From the NCBI RefSeq assembly GCF_016432865.1, contig NC_067404.1, positions 23,002,001-23,066,000 on the forward strand: 64,000 nt of DNA, in the 5' to 3' direction. The first letter of the stretch is position 1. Each line of letters opens with the position of its first letter. The notes below the pieces were generated by a model. That model worked only from the letters and a program-made list of their open reading frames with translations. It ran no database searches and was not told the origin of the DNA. The position numbers and the translations under genes are program-made. Below are positions 25,093 to 37,500 of this stretch, piece after piece. Source of the DNA: Antechinus flavipes (Eukaryota).

Positions 25093-25286
25093 CAGTGCTG
25101 CTTAGACTTTTTCCACTTGTGATCTCTTTTTGCGCTAGAAATTTTTTTATATAACGTTGGCTATATTGATATATAAAATAAGTAATCAAGTCTAACATTT
25201 ACTAATAATAAATCAGAATTTGGTGACCCCCCCATTCAATTATGTTACCCTATACGGGGTTACAACCCAGAGTTTAAGAAGTTTTG
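25093..25286 (+). mobile_element. hAT/Charlie-type MITE, near full length
   Basis: Termini cagtgctgcttagact...agtttaagaagttttg; degenerate 8-bp TSD ctataaga/ttgtaaaa. Confidence 0.65.
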
Positions 25287-25332
25287 TTGTAAAAAATGAT
25301 GAAGATGATAGTTTCAGAGAAACTTGGGAAGA

Positions 25333-25447
25333 GGAGGCAGAGCCAAGGTGCTGGAGTAAAGCAGCATCTGGAATTCAAAGTTTTAAAAGTAAATGGAAAA
25401 AATTGTTTTGCATGTAATTGGGAAAATAAAATATCGAATAGTAAAAA
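25333..25447 (+). mobile_element. WSINE1-like short retroposon (L1 5' end fused to L1 3' end) with 15-bp TSD
   Basis: Starts ggaggcagagccaag, ends aaaataaaatatcgaatagtaaaaa; TSD agaaacttgggaaga at 25318-25332 and 25448-25462. Confidence 0.75.
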
Positions 25448-25799
25448 AGAAACTTGGGAAGATTCCTATCAACTTGTATAGAATGAAGTGAGTAGAACCA
25501 AGAGAACAATCGATACAGTAACCATGGCATTGTAAAGAAAGAACTTTGAAAGACTTAGAATCTTATCACTCCAATGACCCAACCACAGTTCTGGGGGATC
25601 TGTGATGAAACATTCTATCTCACCTGTTAGGGAGACGATAGGCTCTAGATGAAGGAGACAAATATTTTTCGATTTGGACAATGTTAGAGTTTTTTGAATA
25701 TGCATCTTTTTTCCCTCAGTGGGAAGTGGGAGGGAAAGAAAATCGAATCGTTAATTTAAAAAAATCAAAGTATATTTAAAATATTAGAGTTATTTCAGG

Positions 25800-26660
25800 A
25801 TGTAGAGAATAGTAAGAAAGTGGGTGGGATGGTCAGGAAAAGTTTTTAATAGAACATGATTTGAAGGAATCTATATGGATTCTGTAAGGCAGAGATGAGG
25901 AGGGATATTCTACTCCACTTGGGCAAAGGTACAGAAATGAGGGGAGGAGTGTTGTGTGGGAGGAAGAGCTATCAGAGTGGTTTGTTTGGAATAATTTTGA
26001 TTGGATTTTGTTGGATTTGATTGGAATAAAGAGTGCCTGAAGGGAACTTTTCTGATATAAGCCTGGGGCAGTGGGGAAGAGAAATATGGAGAAATTTAAA
26101 TGACATATGGAGTCTTCTGTTCCAGTGGCAAAAGTAGGTTGCTGAAATTTTTTGAGTAGTTGTATGAGAGTATCCGAATATTTTTTCATAATACCAATTT
26201 GGCAGCTGTGTGAAGAATAGAATGGAAGAGAGGATGGAGGGATTAAATAGGACACTACTGTGGTGGTTCAGGTAAGAGAAAATGAAAATCATAAGAATGA
26301 AGAGAAAGAATTGAATGCAAGAGAATGAGGAAGTAGAGTAAACAATGTTTGTAAATTGATTAAATATGGAGGATGAGGAAGAGGAAAGAATCAAAGATGA
26401 TTCCATCGTAATGAACCTGGGTGATTAGAAGGATGGTGGCACCTTCAACAGAAATAGGGAAATCTAATGGAGTGGTGAGCATGGATATGGAAAGATAGCA
26501 AGTTCCATTTTGGCCATACTGAGTTTGAGATGGATATGGGATATGCAGATGGAGATGCCCAGTGGAGAGCTGGAAACAGTTTGGGAGAAAGATGGGGGTT
26601 GAATATATACAGAAGTTGTTGCTGAAGTGATAACCCTCTTTCCAATAACCCCCTTCATTT
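25800..26660 (-). mobile_element. L2 LINE fragment
   Basis: Purine-rich antisense L2 motifs (gaacctgggtgattagaaggatggtggcaccttcaacagaaataggg; gttccattttggccatactgagtttgag). Confidence 0.75.
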
Positions 26661-28521
26661 CTGCATTAGGCCACTCTATCAAAAATAACCACAGCCTACC
26701 AGTGTCAGGAAGAAAATGATTAGAGAACTAACTCTTCACTATTTCATTTTGCTAAAGAACTGAATATTATGAGGGAGGTTTTGGTGAATGATTGTATTGG
26801 AATTGGTTCTAGTTCTTTGATTTTCACCTCTTCCTCCTTGCCCCTAAAATGTCAGCGAGCTTATCGTTTCAGTGATTTGATGAGATTTCGTCAAGACTAA
26901 GACAATGGCTGATTGTATCTTCATTAAACTGACTTGGTAATGAGTTGTTTGTGTGCCTTGTTGTGTGCCTGCCTTTTCTCCTGGTGCCAGTCAGCTTATT
27001 TGACCTTTTGAGTGTTTTACTGAGCATGTGTCCTTAGGACCTCACTCTTGCTTCCTCTACTGCCACAGAAGGATGAGCAGCTACTTCTTGTAAAAGTGAG
27101 ACTGGCTTCATCATAACCCACACACTGGTGCCTAGTCTGGAGGACAATGCTGATTTCCTGTGTGTTATCCACGATTACATCATTGATCTTGTCATCCCCT
27201 TTACTTCAGTAAGGCTTTTCAATCCTCACACTTTAAAAGTATAAGGTAATGGTTGAGAGAGGAAGACCTGAATTCAAGTTCCATCTCAGACACTAACTGT
27301 ATGACTCCAGGCAAGTTACTTGGCTTCTCCACACTTCTGTTACCTGATCTGTAGAATAAGAGGATTGGCTTTGATGGACTCCAAGGTCCCTTCTGTTTCT
27401 TACTCTAGGATCCCTTTGAGATTGGTCAAGCAGGTATTAGTTCCCATTTTATAGATGGAGAAACTGAGGACTAGAGAATTTACAGCATGTTCAGTATTCT
27501 GTTTGTTCCCATTCCATGTGGAAGTTTAGTAAACCTATTTCTCCAGATACATGGTATCCGATTTCCCTAGAGTGGGTAGAGGAGAACGTATCCCCACTTC
27601 TTGGGGAGGTTTCTGTACTCTGCTCTTGGATATACTTTTTCAGTCCAGAACTAGACGAGAGATTGTACTTAAATTTGTTTGTTATGGCTGTCTTTTCCAT
27701 TAGATTGTAAGCTCCTTGAAGGCTTTTGCCTCTGTTTTCATCCCACCCACCCACCTTAATATAGTGCCTGGCAAATAGTTGGTGCTTAATAAATGTTTGT
27801 TAATTGATTGATTGATGAAACATTCCTAACCTTCCCTTATGGAAGAGTTACTTACTGGATCTGAGGATCCTTTTATCCCTATAAGAATTCTCTCCTAAGT
27901 ACATTTCTATGTGTTGTGTAACCAATAGCCGAGTTACTCCCGTGTCTGTTGGATTCACCACTGAAGGGCGTTATCAAGAAGGCTATTTCTCAGACCTGGA
28001 TCTGCTCTGAAATTAGCTTACTGCTGCCACCAGTTGTGGTTAGTTAGGGGAACACTCAAAGCTTTTCTGACCTTTTGAAGCTCACAAGTTTGTAACCTAG
28101 TTCATTCCACCTCTGATACTCATTCACTTAACACTAGGGAAGAGCAGTCTCAAAGAGACAAAGGAAATAGTGGTGCCATGTGTTCAGAGCCATATGGCAA
28201 CTGGTTGGGGAAATAAAGCAGCTTGTGGCACTATCTCTCCCAGAGTCCTCACCCAGAGACCCATAGAATTTCTTCCTCTTTATATGAAAACCACCAGGGA
28301 AGACAGAGCTCATCTGTTTGAGACTTGTAGGCTCAGAAGTCAATTAAAAGGTTTCTCTTACCACACAGTAAGCCAATAGTATGTGGTCAGAGATGTGTCC
28401 AGAAACCCTTCTATAATTCGTTTCTGGAAGTGTACTCACCTAGATGCCACAAGAATATTGTGTGGGCCCTGAAGACTTGGCACTCACTGGCTAGTCCCCA
28501 TCATGGCTAATTACACATACA

Positions 28522-28694
28522 NNNNNNNNNNNNNNNNNNNNNNNNNNNNNNNNNNNNNNNNNNNNNNNNNNNNNNNNNNNNNNNNNNNNNNNNNNNNNNN
28601 NNNNNNNNNNNNNNNNNNNNNNNNNNNNNNNNNNNNNNNNNNNNNNNNNNNNNNNNNNNNNNNNNNNNNNNNNNNNNNNNNNNNNNNNNNNNNN
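28522..28694. other. Assembly gap within a (CA/TG) simple repeat
   Basis: N run flanked by acacatac and gtgtat. Confidence 1.
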
Positions 28695-30277
28695 GTGTAT
28701 CCATGTGTATGTATGTATATATGGGCATATATATTCTGTGTTCCCAAAGTCTTAATCTTAGTGCAGTTTTGTTTTAATGATTTCAGAAATGAAAATACTA
28801 TAAGCTTTAAAAGGCATCATTTGAGAGTTGATTTAAATTTCTTTTACATCTGTTAGTTTTGGGAATTGAGGATAACAAACTACATTTTAACAGGTTGGGG
28901 CACCCTCTTGTTATGCATTATGTGTGCGACGGTGGATGACATTTTCTCAGACCGGTAGATGAGTCTAGGAAGTCCTCTTCTTTGGCCTTTGGGTTCTCCT
29001 GATACTTCTCTGTAGAATTTTTCTTGTGAAATCACATCAAAAGGGTTGTGTATACATGGAAAGCTCCTTCTTTGGCTGGCCCAAGGCTAGGATTACAAAT
29101 GCAGTATTTTCTTTCACTGAGCAGCAGCTGATGGGAGTTTGTATAAAGTTCAAAAATTGATAAGAACAATGTATAGCACAAGTTGGTGACTGGATTGAAT
29201 TTTCATAAGAATCAAATCAAAAACTTCAAAACTGAAATAGTTAGCCTTTCGAATGTTGTGTTTGGAGAATAAGTTTGAAGCACTTATACTTTTGAACTTA
29301 TAAAAACTCAAAAATGCACTAAAACTTTTGGACCCAAACAGACTGCTTTTGGATTTTCAATTTTCACACCTCTCCAGGGACAAGGATGGTTGGAGGATGG
29401 AATCAGAACTTGATGATCTCTTGAAATAGAAAAGAAGAAATCAAGGGAGGAGAGGGAGAAGGAGAAGTGACTTCCTCTCCTGGCAGGCAGAGCAACAATA
29501 CTGGAGTGAATGGAAAGCAAGTGAGAACAGTTTTGCAAAAGCCTTGAGATCGAGATGCAGTTTGCACCCCCCCCCCTTCCCTCATGCCCATTGGAAGAAA
29601 AACAAAAGTCAAAGGGACAAGAAGCAAGTGTAGGAACGCTTTTTATTATGGCTTCTTACTGGTATGGCTGGAATGCTGATAAAAACAGTTGTGTTACAGG
29701 AAATTTGGAGGAGCTCTACACTTTGCAGGAGAAGCTGCTTCTCAGCCATGATGCCATCCCTGGCTTTCAACGATTGCTTTCAGCTACTTTTCATCCCCTC
29801 TGTTCTTGCTCTTGCCACTGGCAGAGCGTTCTCCCTTCTGTCTTCTTCCCTTCTATCTCTTTCTGTCCTGCCATCTCATCCCAAAACTTTGTGATATTTC
29901 CTTGCTTCTGAAAATGAACAGAATGCAAGATCCCAGCAGGTCAGGCTGTTTCTTTCTTTCTATAGGGAGCATTATACGTTGAGAAGCTGGGTCTCAAACC
30001 CAGGTCTCCTACCTTGAATTCAAGTTCAGGCCTCTATTCTTTCCAAGAAATTCTGCTCTGAGAGTTCATCATGAGTTGAATGTGGCCCTTGGGTTCTCAC
30101 CTATAAGGTGAATATTATGTAAGGTTTTATCAAACTAGGTAAGTTTTATATGATATCGGTAACATACTGAGTCTGAATCAAGAAATCCTGTTACTGCCAC
30201 ATGCTGACTCTTTGGTCCTGGGCAAGTCGTTTCATCTTCAAGTGCCTCCGAGGATTCTTTAAGACTAAGTTTTATCT

Positions 30278-30622
30278 TGTAATGTCCAGGCTAGCTTTCT
30301 GGAGGTCCTTCAGACGGGCCTTGGACTCAGCAGGATAGATACCACAAGAATGGTCAAGAATAGTCTAGATTCTTTATTCTGGCCCATTCTTGATCTTAGT
30401 GTAGGAGGCATGAGAGCCACCAAGAGGCTGGTCAAAGATAGAATGTCTGTGGCTGAGTCTGTCCCCAGTTTAAAGACCCTATTACAATTACATCAACTGT
30501 AGAAATATTACATCACCATGCTAACTATTAAGTATATGTAAACTAGAGAACCATTGTCTCTTCGATTCTCTAAATTAACACCTTGTTTCAAGTATATTTC
30601 TCCAGAGTTCTGGCTCTCTACG
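30278..30622 (-). mobile_element. Solo ERV LTR (~345 bp)
   Basis: Plus strand runs tgtaatg...ctctacg (CA terminus apparently mutated); AATAAA on the minus strand near 30372-30377; TSD tatct at 30273-30277 and 30624-30628. Confidence 0.7.
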
Positions 30623-30623
30623 G

Positions 30624-31740
30624 TATCTGAGGTACCACTTCACATCTCTCAGATTGGCTAAGATGATACAAAAAGATAATGATAAATGTTGGAGGGGGTG
30701 TGGGAAAAGTGGGACATTAAATATATCGTTTGTGGAGTTGTGAACAGATCCAACCATTCTGGAGAGCGATTTGGAACTGTGCCCAAAGGGCTATCAAACT
30801 GTGCATATCCTTTGATCCATCAATGTCTCTACTGGGCCTCTATCCCAAAGAGATCATAGAAAAGGAAAAAGGACCCTTTGTGCAAAAATGTTTGTAGCAT
30901 TCTTTTTTGTTGTGGCAAGGAACTAGAAACTGAGTGGATGCCCATCAGTTGGGGAATGACTGAATAAGTTATGGTATATGCAAATAATGGAATATTATTG
31001 TTCTCTAAGAAATGATCAGTGGGATGATTGTGGAGAAGTCTGGAAAAACTTACATGAACTGATGCTGAGTGAAGTAACTAGAACCAAGAGAATATTGTAC
31101 ATGAGAGCAACAAGATTATGTGATGCTCAACTGTGATGGACAGGGCTCTTTTCAACAGCAACACAACAGTGAAACAGTTCCAATAGACTTGTGATGGAAA
31201 TTGCCATCTGCATGCAGAGAGAGAACCATGGAGACTGAATATGGATCAAAGCATAGTATTTTCTTTCTCTTTTTTTTAATAATAACTTTTCATTTTCAAA
31301 ATCTATGCAAAGATGATTTTCAACTTTCACCTTTGTAAATTCTTGCATTCCAGCTTTTTCTCCCTCTCTTTCCCCCATCCTCTCCCCTAGATAGCAAGTA
31401 ATCCAATATAGGTTTAACATCTGCAATTATCCTATACGGTTTGCCACATTTATCAAAAGCATAATATTTTGCCATATTTGTTGGTTGTTTGCTTGTTTTA
31501 TCTTTCTCATGTTTTCTTTTTTCCCTTTTGATCTGAGTTTTCTTGTATTGCATGGTGAATATGGAAGTATATTTAGAAGAATTTCACATTTAACCTATAT
31601 TGGATTGCTTGCTGTCTAGAGGAGGGGAGTAGAGGGAAGGGAGGAAGAAAAATTTGGAACACAAGTTTTACAAGGGGGACTGTTGGAAACTGTCTTTGTA
31701 TATGTCTGGGGAAATTAAAAACTATTATAAAAATAGCAAA
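30624..31740 (+). mobile_element. Older L1 3' portion with an antisense L1 3' end nested at ~31260-31560
   Basis: Homologous to the young L1 C-terminal region (gattggctaagatg...gatccaaccattctggagagcgatttggaac). Confidence 0.8.
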
Positions 31741-32734
31741 ATCCTAGAACTTAAAAAAAGACTGTAAATTGTGGGAAAGTTTCATTCAAATAGGGAATTG
31801 TCCTGCTCCTATACATATAAATAGATGCATACACAAACATGTGACTATATAGATACCTGTGTCAACATAACAATATCTATATGCATCATATATTTTCTTG
31901 CTACAGCCACATGGAATGGTAAAAATGAATACTGGCAATAGAAGCAGAGGTCCTGGATTCAAAGCCTGCCTTTTTCATTCACAGATAGGAAGACCTGGGT
32001 TTGAGTCTCATCCCTGAACGTAACATATTTGTTACGTGACTTTGGCTAAAGTACTTCATTTGTCACTGCCCCCAGGCAGCTGTCGCAGTTACAGAAGGGC
32101 TGCCAGTCTGCATTGGCAATGAGAATTCATCAGAAATTTGCTAAGCCAGTGAAATCAAAGGTCTGGACAAGAATGTGCACACACAGGTATTTACATGTGC
32201 ATTTGCACACACATGTAATCACACCAGCGTCTATGTCATGGAATGAAATGAGTGGCTGTAATTTGCAAGAAGAAGAAAACTATGTCTTTGGATGTTAGAG
32301 CCATAAAACCAAGGGTCTGAGGTTTTCCTGGAATTCTGTTCCTGGGAAATCAACCTTTCAGTTCAAATCATTGAGTATTTTGTAAAGATTTGGGATATAT
32401 TGAACGTTGGGCTAGGAGGTAGTACATAGACAAAAGTAAAGTGGTCCATGATCTTAAGAAGACTAGAATATAATGTAGTCGATATGAAAAGCAGCAAATA
32501 CAAAATGTGTCCGAGTTAAGTTAGAAGTGATTTCTAGGGTGTAGAGAGAGTGCTAACACCTCTTAAAGGAAACAGCATGAGTTGAGGGTGGAAGGAAGTG
32601 AAAGGTTCCAAAAGGCAAAGGCGATTAGTGTATTCATTCTTACTGCAGAGCACTTTTGCACTTAGGAGGTTTATGTATGGGAAGAAATGGGGGAAGCCAG
32701 TTTGGCTGGAATACAGAGGGCATTAAAAGGATCG

Positions 32735-32965
32735 TGGTTGTTCGGTTATTTCAGTTGTGTCTCACTCTTCGTGATCCCATTGGAGCTTTTCTTGGCAAAG
32801 ATATGAAAGTGGTTTGTCATCTTTTTTCTGTAATAATTTTACAGAAGAGAAAACTGAGGCAAACAGGGTTAAGTGACTTGCTCAGAGTCACACAGTTAGT
32901 AAGTAACTGAGGCCACATTTGGATACAAGTCTTCCTGACTTCCTGACTTCGAGCACAGTGCTGTA
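32735..32965 (-). mobile_element. CORE-SINE (MAR1-type)
   Basis: ctcttcgtgatcccattgg...gaaactgaggcaaacagggttaagtgacttg antisense SINE. Confidence 0.8.
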
Positions 32966-33824
32966 TCCCAGGGCTTCTTAAACTTTTTGCACTTGAAAAT
33001 TTTTAAACAACTCCAGGTAGATAGGTATGTATAATAGGTATGCAAGAGGTCATTGTGGAAGGGTCAGCTATCAAGAAGTCCGATCGTAGGGCCAAGCCAA
33101 GCACAGAGATAACTTCACTGCAAGGCAGACGGTAATAAGTGCTATAGGATATCAATAAGCCAAGCACTCAGTGAAAAGACAGAGAAAAGTGCATGGAAGA
33201 ATCAGAAGTGAAGCTGGAAGCTTAGAATTCTGGGCCTATCATGAGTGAGCTGTGTGTCCCTGAACAAATTTCTTATTCTTTGGGTTTAAATTTCCTAAAT
33301 GCTGGGATAAATGATTACTAAGGATTCTTTGGCTCTTTTCTTAGATAAAAGACAGTAACTGACTGAGAGAATAAGGGAAGACTTCACGGAAAGGGTTGCA
33401 TTTGAGTTGGGTCTTGAGTGACATGTAGAATTTTGACTGGCAAAAATAGGTGGGAAGTGTGCTCTGGGCAGAGGAAATATAGGGCATTGATATAAAATAT
33501 CAAAAGCATATGTGGGGGAATGATGAGTGGTCCTCTTTTGCTGGATTCTAGAGAACATGAAGCAAAGGAATAGCAAGAGGTCAAATTGAAAGAAGAAGAC
33601 TGGAACCAAATCTTGGAGGGTTTTGATGGTCAGCCTTTGCAGTTTGACTTAATTCAATAGACAATGGGGAATCATTAGAGACTTCTAAGCAGTAGAGTGA
33701 CATGATCAGTTTTGTAATTGTAGCAACATTTGCAGGATAAATTAGTGAAGAGGATAAACTTTCAGGGGGTTCACAGAGTTATTTCTCTAAATTGTGTCTA
33801 TTTCTTTAAAGAAGAATACTATTA

Positions 33825-36475
33825 GGCTGAAAACAGAGAAAGAAAATTATAGACCAATCTCCCTAATGAATATTGATGCTAAAATCTTAAATAAAATATT
33901 AGCAAAAAGATTACAGAAAATCGTCACCAGGATAATACACTATGACCAAGTAGGATTTATACCAGGAATGCAGGGCTGGTTCAATATTAGGAAAACTATT
34001 AACATAATTGACTATATCAACAACCAAACAAACAAAAACCATATGATCATCTCAATAGATGCAGAAAAAGCATTTGATAAAATCCAACAGCCATTCCTAA
34101 TAAAAACACTTGAGAGCATAGGAATAAAAGGACCTTTCCTTAAAATAGTTAGGAGCATATATTTTAAACCTTCAGTAAGCATCATATGCAATGGGGAAAA
34201 ACTGGAACCTTTTCCAGTAAGATCTGGAGTAAAACAAGGTTGCCCACTATCACCATTATTATTCAATATTGTATTAGAAACACTAGCCTCTGCAATAAGA
34301 GTCGAGAAAGAGATTAAAGGAATTAGAGTAGGCAATGAGGAAACCAAACTATCACTCTTTGCAGATGATATGATGGTATACCTAGAAAACCCCAGAGATT
34401 CTACTAAAACGCTATTAGAAATAATTCATAATTTTAGCAAAGTAGCAGGATACAAAATAAATCCCCATAAATCCTCAGCATTCTTATACACCACCAACAA
34501 AATCCAAGAGCAAGAGATACAAAGAGAAATTCCATTCAAAATAACTGTTGATAGCATAAAATATTTGGGAATCTACCTACCAAAGGAAAGTCAGGAATTA
34601 TTTGAGCAAAATTACAAAAAAGTTTTCACACAAATAAAGTCAGACTTAAATAATTGGAAAAATATTAAGTGCTCTTGGATAGGCCGAGCGAATATAATAA
34701 AGATGACAATACTCCCTAAACTAATCTATTTATTTAGTGCTATACCAATCAGACTTCCAAGAAAATATTTTAATGATTTAGAAAAAATAACAACAAAATT
34801 CATATGGAACAATAAAAAGTCAAGAATCTCAAGGGAATTAATGAAAAAAAATCAAATGAAGGTGGTCTAGCTGTACCTGATCTAAAATTATATTATAAAG
34901 CAGCAGTCACCAAAACCATTTGGTATTGGCTTAGAAATAGATTAGTTGATCAGTGGAAAAGGTTAGGTTCACAAGACAGAATAGTCAACTATAGCAATCT
35001 AGTGTTTGACAAACCCAAAGATTCTAAATTTTGGGATAAGATTTCATTATTTGATAAAAACTGCTGGGATAACTGGAAATTAGTATGGCAGAAATTAGGC
35101 AAGGACCCACACTTAACACCACATACCAAGATAAGATCAAAATGGGTCCATGATCTAGGCATAAAGAATGAGATTATAAATAAATTAGAGGAACATAGAA
35201 TAGTTTATCTCTCAGACTTGTGGAGGAGAAAGAAATTTGTGACCAAAGATGAACTAGAGACCATTACTGATCACAGAATAGAAAATTTTGATTATATCAA
35301 ATTAAAAAGCCTTTGTACAAACAGAACGAATGCAAACAAGATTAGTAGGGAAGCAACAAACTGGGAAAACATCTTTACAATTAAAGGTTCTGATAAAGGC
35401 CTCATTTCCAAAATATATAGAGAACTGACTCAAATTTATAAAAAATCAAGCCATTCTCCAATTGATAAATGGTCAAAGGATATGAACAGACAATTTTCAG
35501 ATGATGAAATTGAAACTATTACCACTCACATGAAAGAGTGTTCCAAATCACTATTGATCAGAGAAATGCAAATTAAGACAACTCTGAGATATCACTACAC
35601 ACCTGTCAGATTGGCTAAGATGACAGGAAATAATAATGATGAATGTTGGAGGGGATGCGGGAAAACTGGGACACTGATGCATTGTTGGTGGAGTTGTGAA
35701 CGAATCCAGCCATTCTGGAGAGCAATCTGGAATTATGCCCAAAAAGTTATCAAACTGTGCATACCCTTTGATCCAGCAGTGTTTCTATTGGGCTTATACC
35801 CCAAAGAGATACTAAAAAAGGGAAAGGGACCTGTATGTGCCAAAATGTTTGTGGCAGCCCTGTTTGTAGTGGCTAGAAACTGGAAAATGAATGGATGCCC
35901 ATCCATTGGAGAATGGCTGGGTAAACTGTGGTATATGAATGTTATGGAATATTATTGCTCTGTAAGGAATGACCAGCAGGATGAATACAGAGAGGCTTGG
36001 AGAGACCTACATGGACTGATGCTAAGTGAGATGAGCAGAACCAGGAGATCATTATACACTTCGACAACGATATTGTATGAGGATGTATTCTGATGGAAGT
36101 GGATTTCTCTGACAAAGAGACTTAACTGAGTTTCATTGGATAAATGATAGACAGAAACAGCTACACCCAAAGAAGGAATACTGGGAAATGAATGTGAACT
36201 ATTCGATTTTTGATTTTCTTCCCGAGTTATTTTTACCTTCTGAATCCAATTCTCCCTGTGCAGCGGGAGAACTGTTCGGTTCTGCAAATATGTATTGTAT
36301 CTAGGATATACTGCAACATATTTAACATATATAGGACTGCTTGCCATCTTGGGGGGGGGAGGAGGGAGGGAGGGGAAAAAACAAAACATAAGTGATTGCA
36401 AGGGATAATGCTGTGTAAAAATTATCCTGGCATGGATTCTGTCAATACAAAGTTATTATTAAATAAAATTAAATT
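33825..36475 (+). mobile_element. Young 5'-truncated LINE-1 (RT domain, C-terminal Cys domain, 3'UTR) with 16-bp TSD
   Basis: ORFs 33794-34870 ([10 protein letters not shown]...QGCPLSP...LFADD) and 35002-36093. TSD aagaagaatactatta at 33809-33824 and 36476-36491; canonical TTT/AAAG endonuclease site; one frameshift in the A8 run at 34844-34851. Confidence 0.98.
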
Positions 36476-36499
36476 AAGAAGAATACTATTACATTGCAT

Positions 36500-37500
36500 C
36501 CGTCTACCACAATTTGTTGTGTATTTTCCACTCGATAGGCTTCTATTTTATTTCCAATTCTTTATCATCACATGCACACAATGATGTTACAAATATTTTG
36601 GTATATATGAAGATTTTGTTTTCATTAATGGCCTCCTTGGAGTATAAGCTCAGTAGTGGAATCTTCAGGTAAAAGAATATATACATCTTAGTCACTTTAT
36701 TTGTTATAATTCTAAATTGCTTTCCAAAATGGTTGCATTGATTCATAGCTCCAACTATGCACCAGAGTACTTATCTTCTTCAATGCTTCCAACAGTGATT
36801 ATTCTCATCTTTTGCCATTGTCAGTTTTCAAGGTGTGAGGTGAAACCTCAGGGTTGATTTGATTTGTATTTTTCTTTCAATGGATGGTTTGAAGCAGGGC
36901 TGTCAAACTCACATCCCTTTACAAACCACCAGTTAATGTTATCTATGTGATATTGTGTATTTACTTATTTTGCTGAGTGTTTCCCATTTACATTTTAATC
37001 TGGTCTGGGCAGTAATTGGAAGTTTTATGGGAGCTTCTAGCCCCAGGGCCTTTCATTTGGAGCATTCTTTCATATGCTTGCCAATAGTCTGCCATTTTTC
37101 TTTTGAGAACTCACATCCCTTGGCTGCTTATCTATTGGTAAATGGCTTTTGGTCTTACATATAACTGTTTATTGTTTCTATGTCTTGGATAACAAGCCCC
37201 AATCAGAGAAATTTGATATGAAGATTTTTTTTCCCCAGTTGATTACTTCTTTCTTATCCTAGGTATATTAGTTTTTCTTGGAAGAAGCTTTTCACTCTCA
37301 TATAACTCTCATATAATATAACAAAGTTATCAGTTTTCTCTTTTGAAATTGTCTCTATCCCCTTGTGTGGTTAAGAATAAGTCTTTTACTCATAGCTGTG
37401 GGAGATAGATGATCTGTTTCTCTTCTAATTTTTTTTAATAGTATGATCTTTAATATTATGGTCCTTTATCCATTTAGAATGTATCATGAAATATGTTGTA
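36500..37500 (-). mobile_element. Old L1 ORF2 C-terminal fragment with nested hAT-like MITE (~36893-37040)
   Basis: Antisense motifs (ttgctttccaaaatggttgcattgattcatagctcc; ccttgtgtggttaagaata); cagggctgtcaaactca terminus. Confidence 0.7.

Larger units (their letters stand above)
24940..25790 (+). mobile_element. Old L1 3' fragment carrying a nested MITE and a nested short retroposon
   Basis: L1 ORF2 end and 3'UTR motifs (gtagaaccaagagaacaat) interrupted at 25093-25286 and 25333-25447. Confidence 0.7.

Noticed and set aside
25833-26682. 140-144-aa minus-strand ORFs
   Set aside because: Fall within a decayed L2 element, with low-complexity S/F/L composition.
33794-34870. 358-aa reverse transcriptase ORF as a retron, DGR or other novel RT system
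   Set aside because: Plain LINE-1 ORF2 within a TSD-bounded, 5'-truncated insertion.
5209-36475. Inversion mediated by the two oppositely oriented young L1s
   Set aside because: Each copy keeps its own matching TSD pair, so no recombination between them has occurred.
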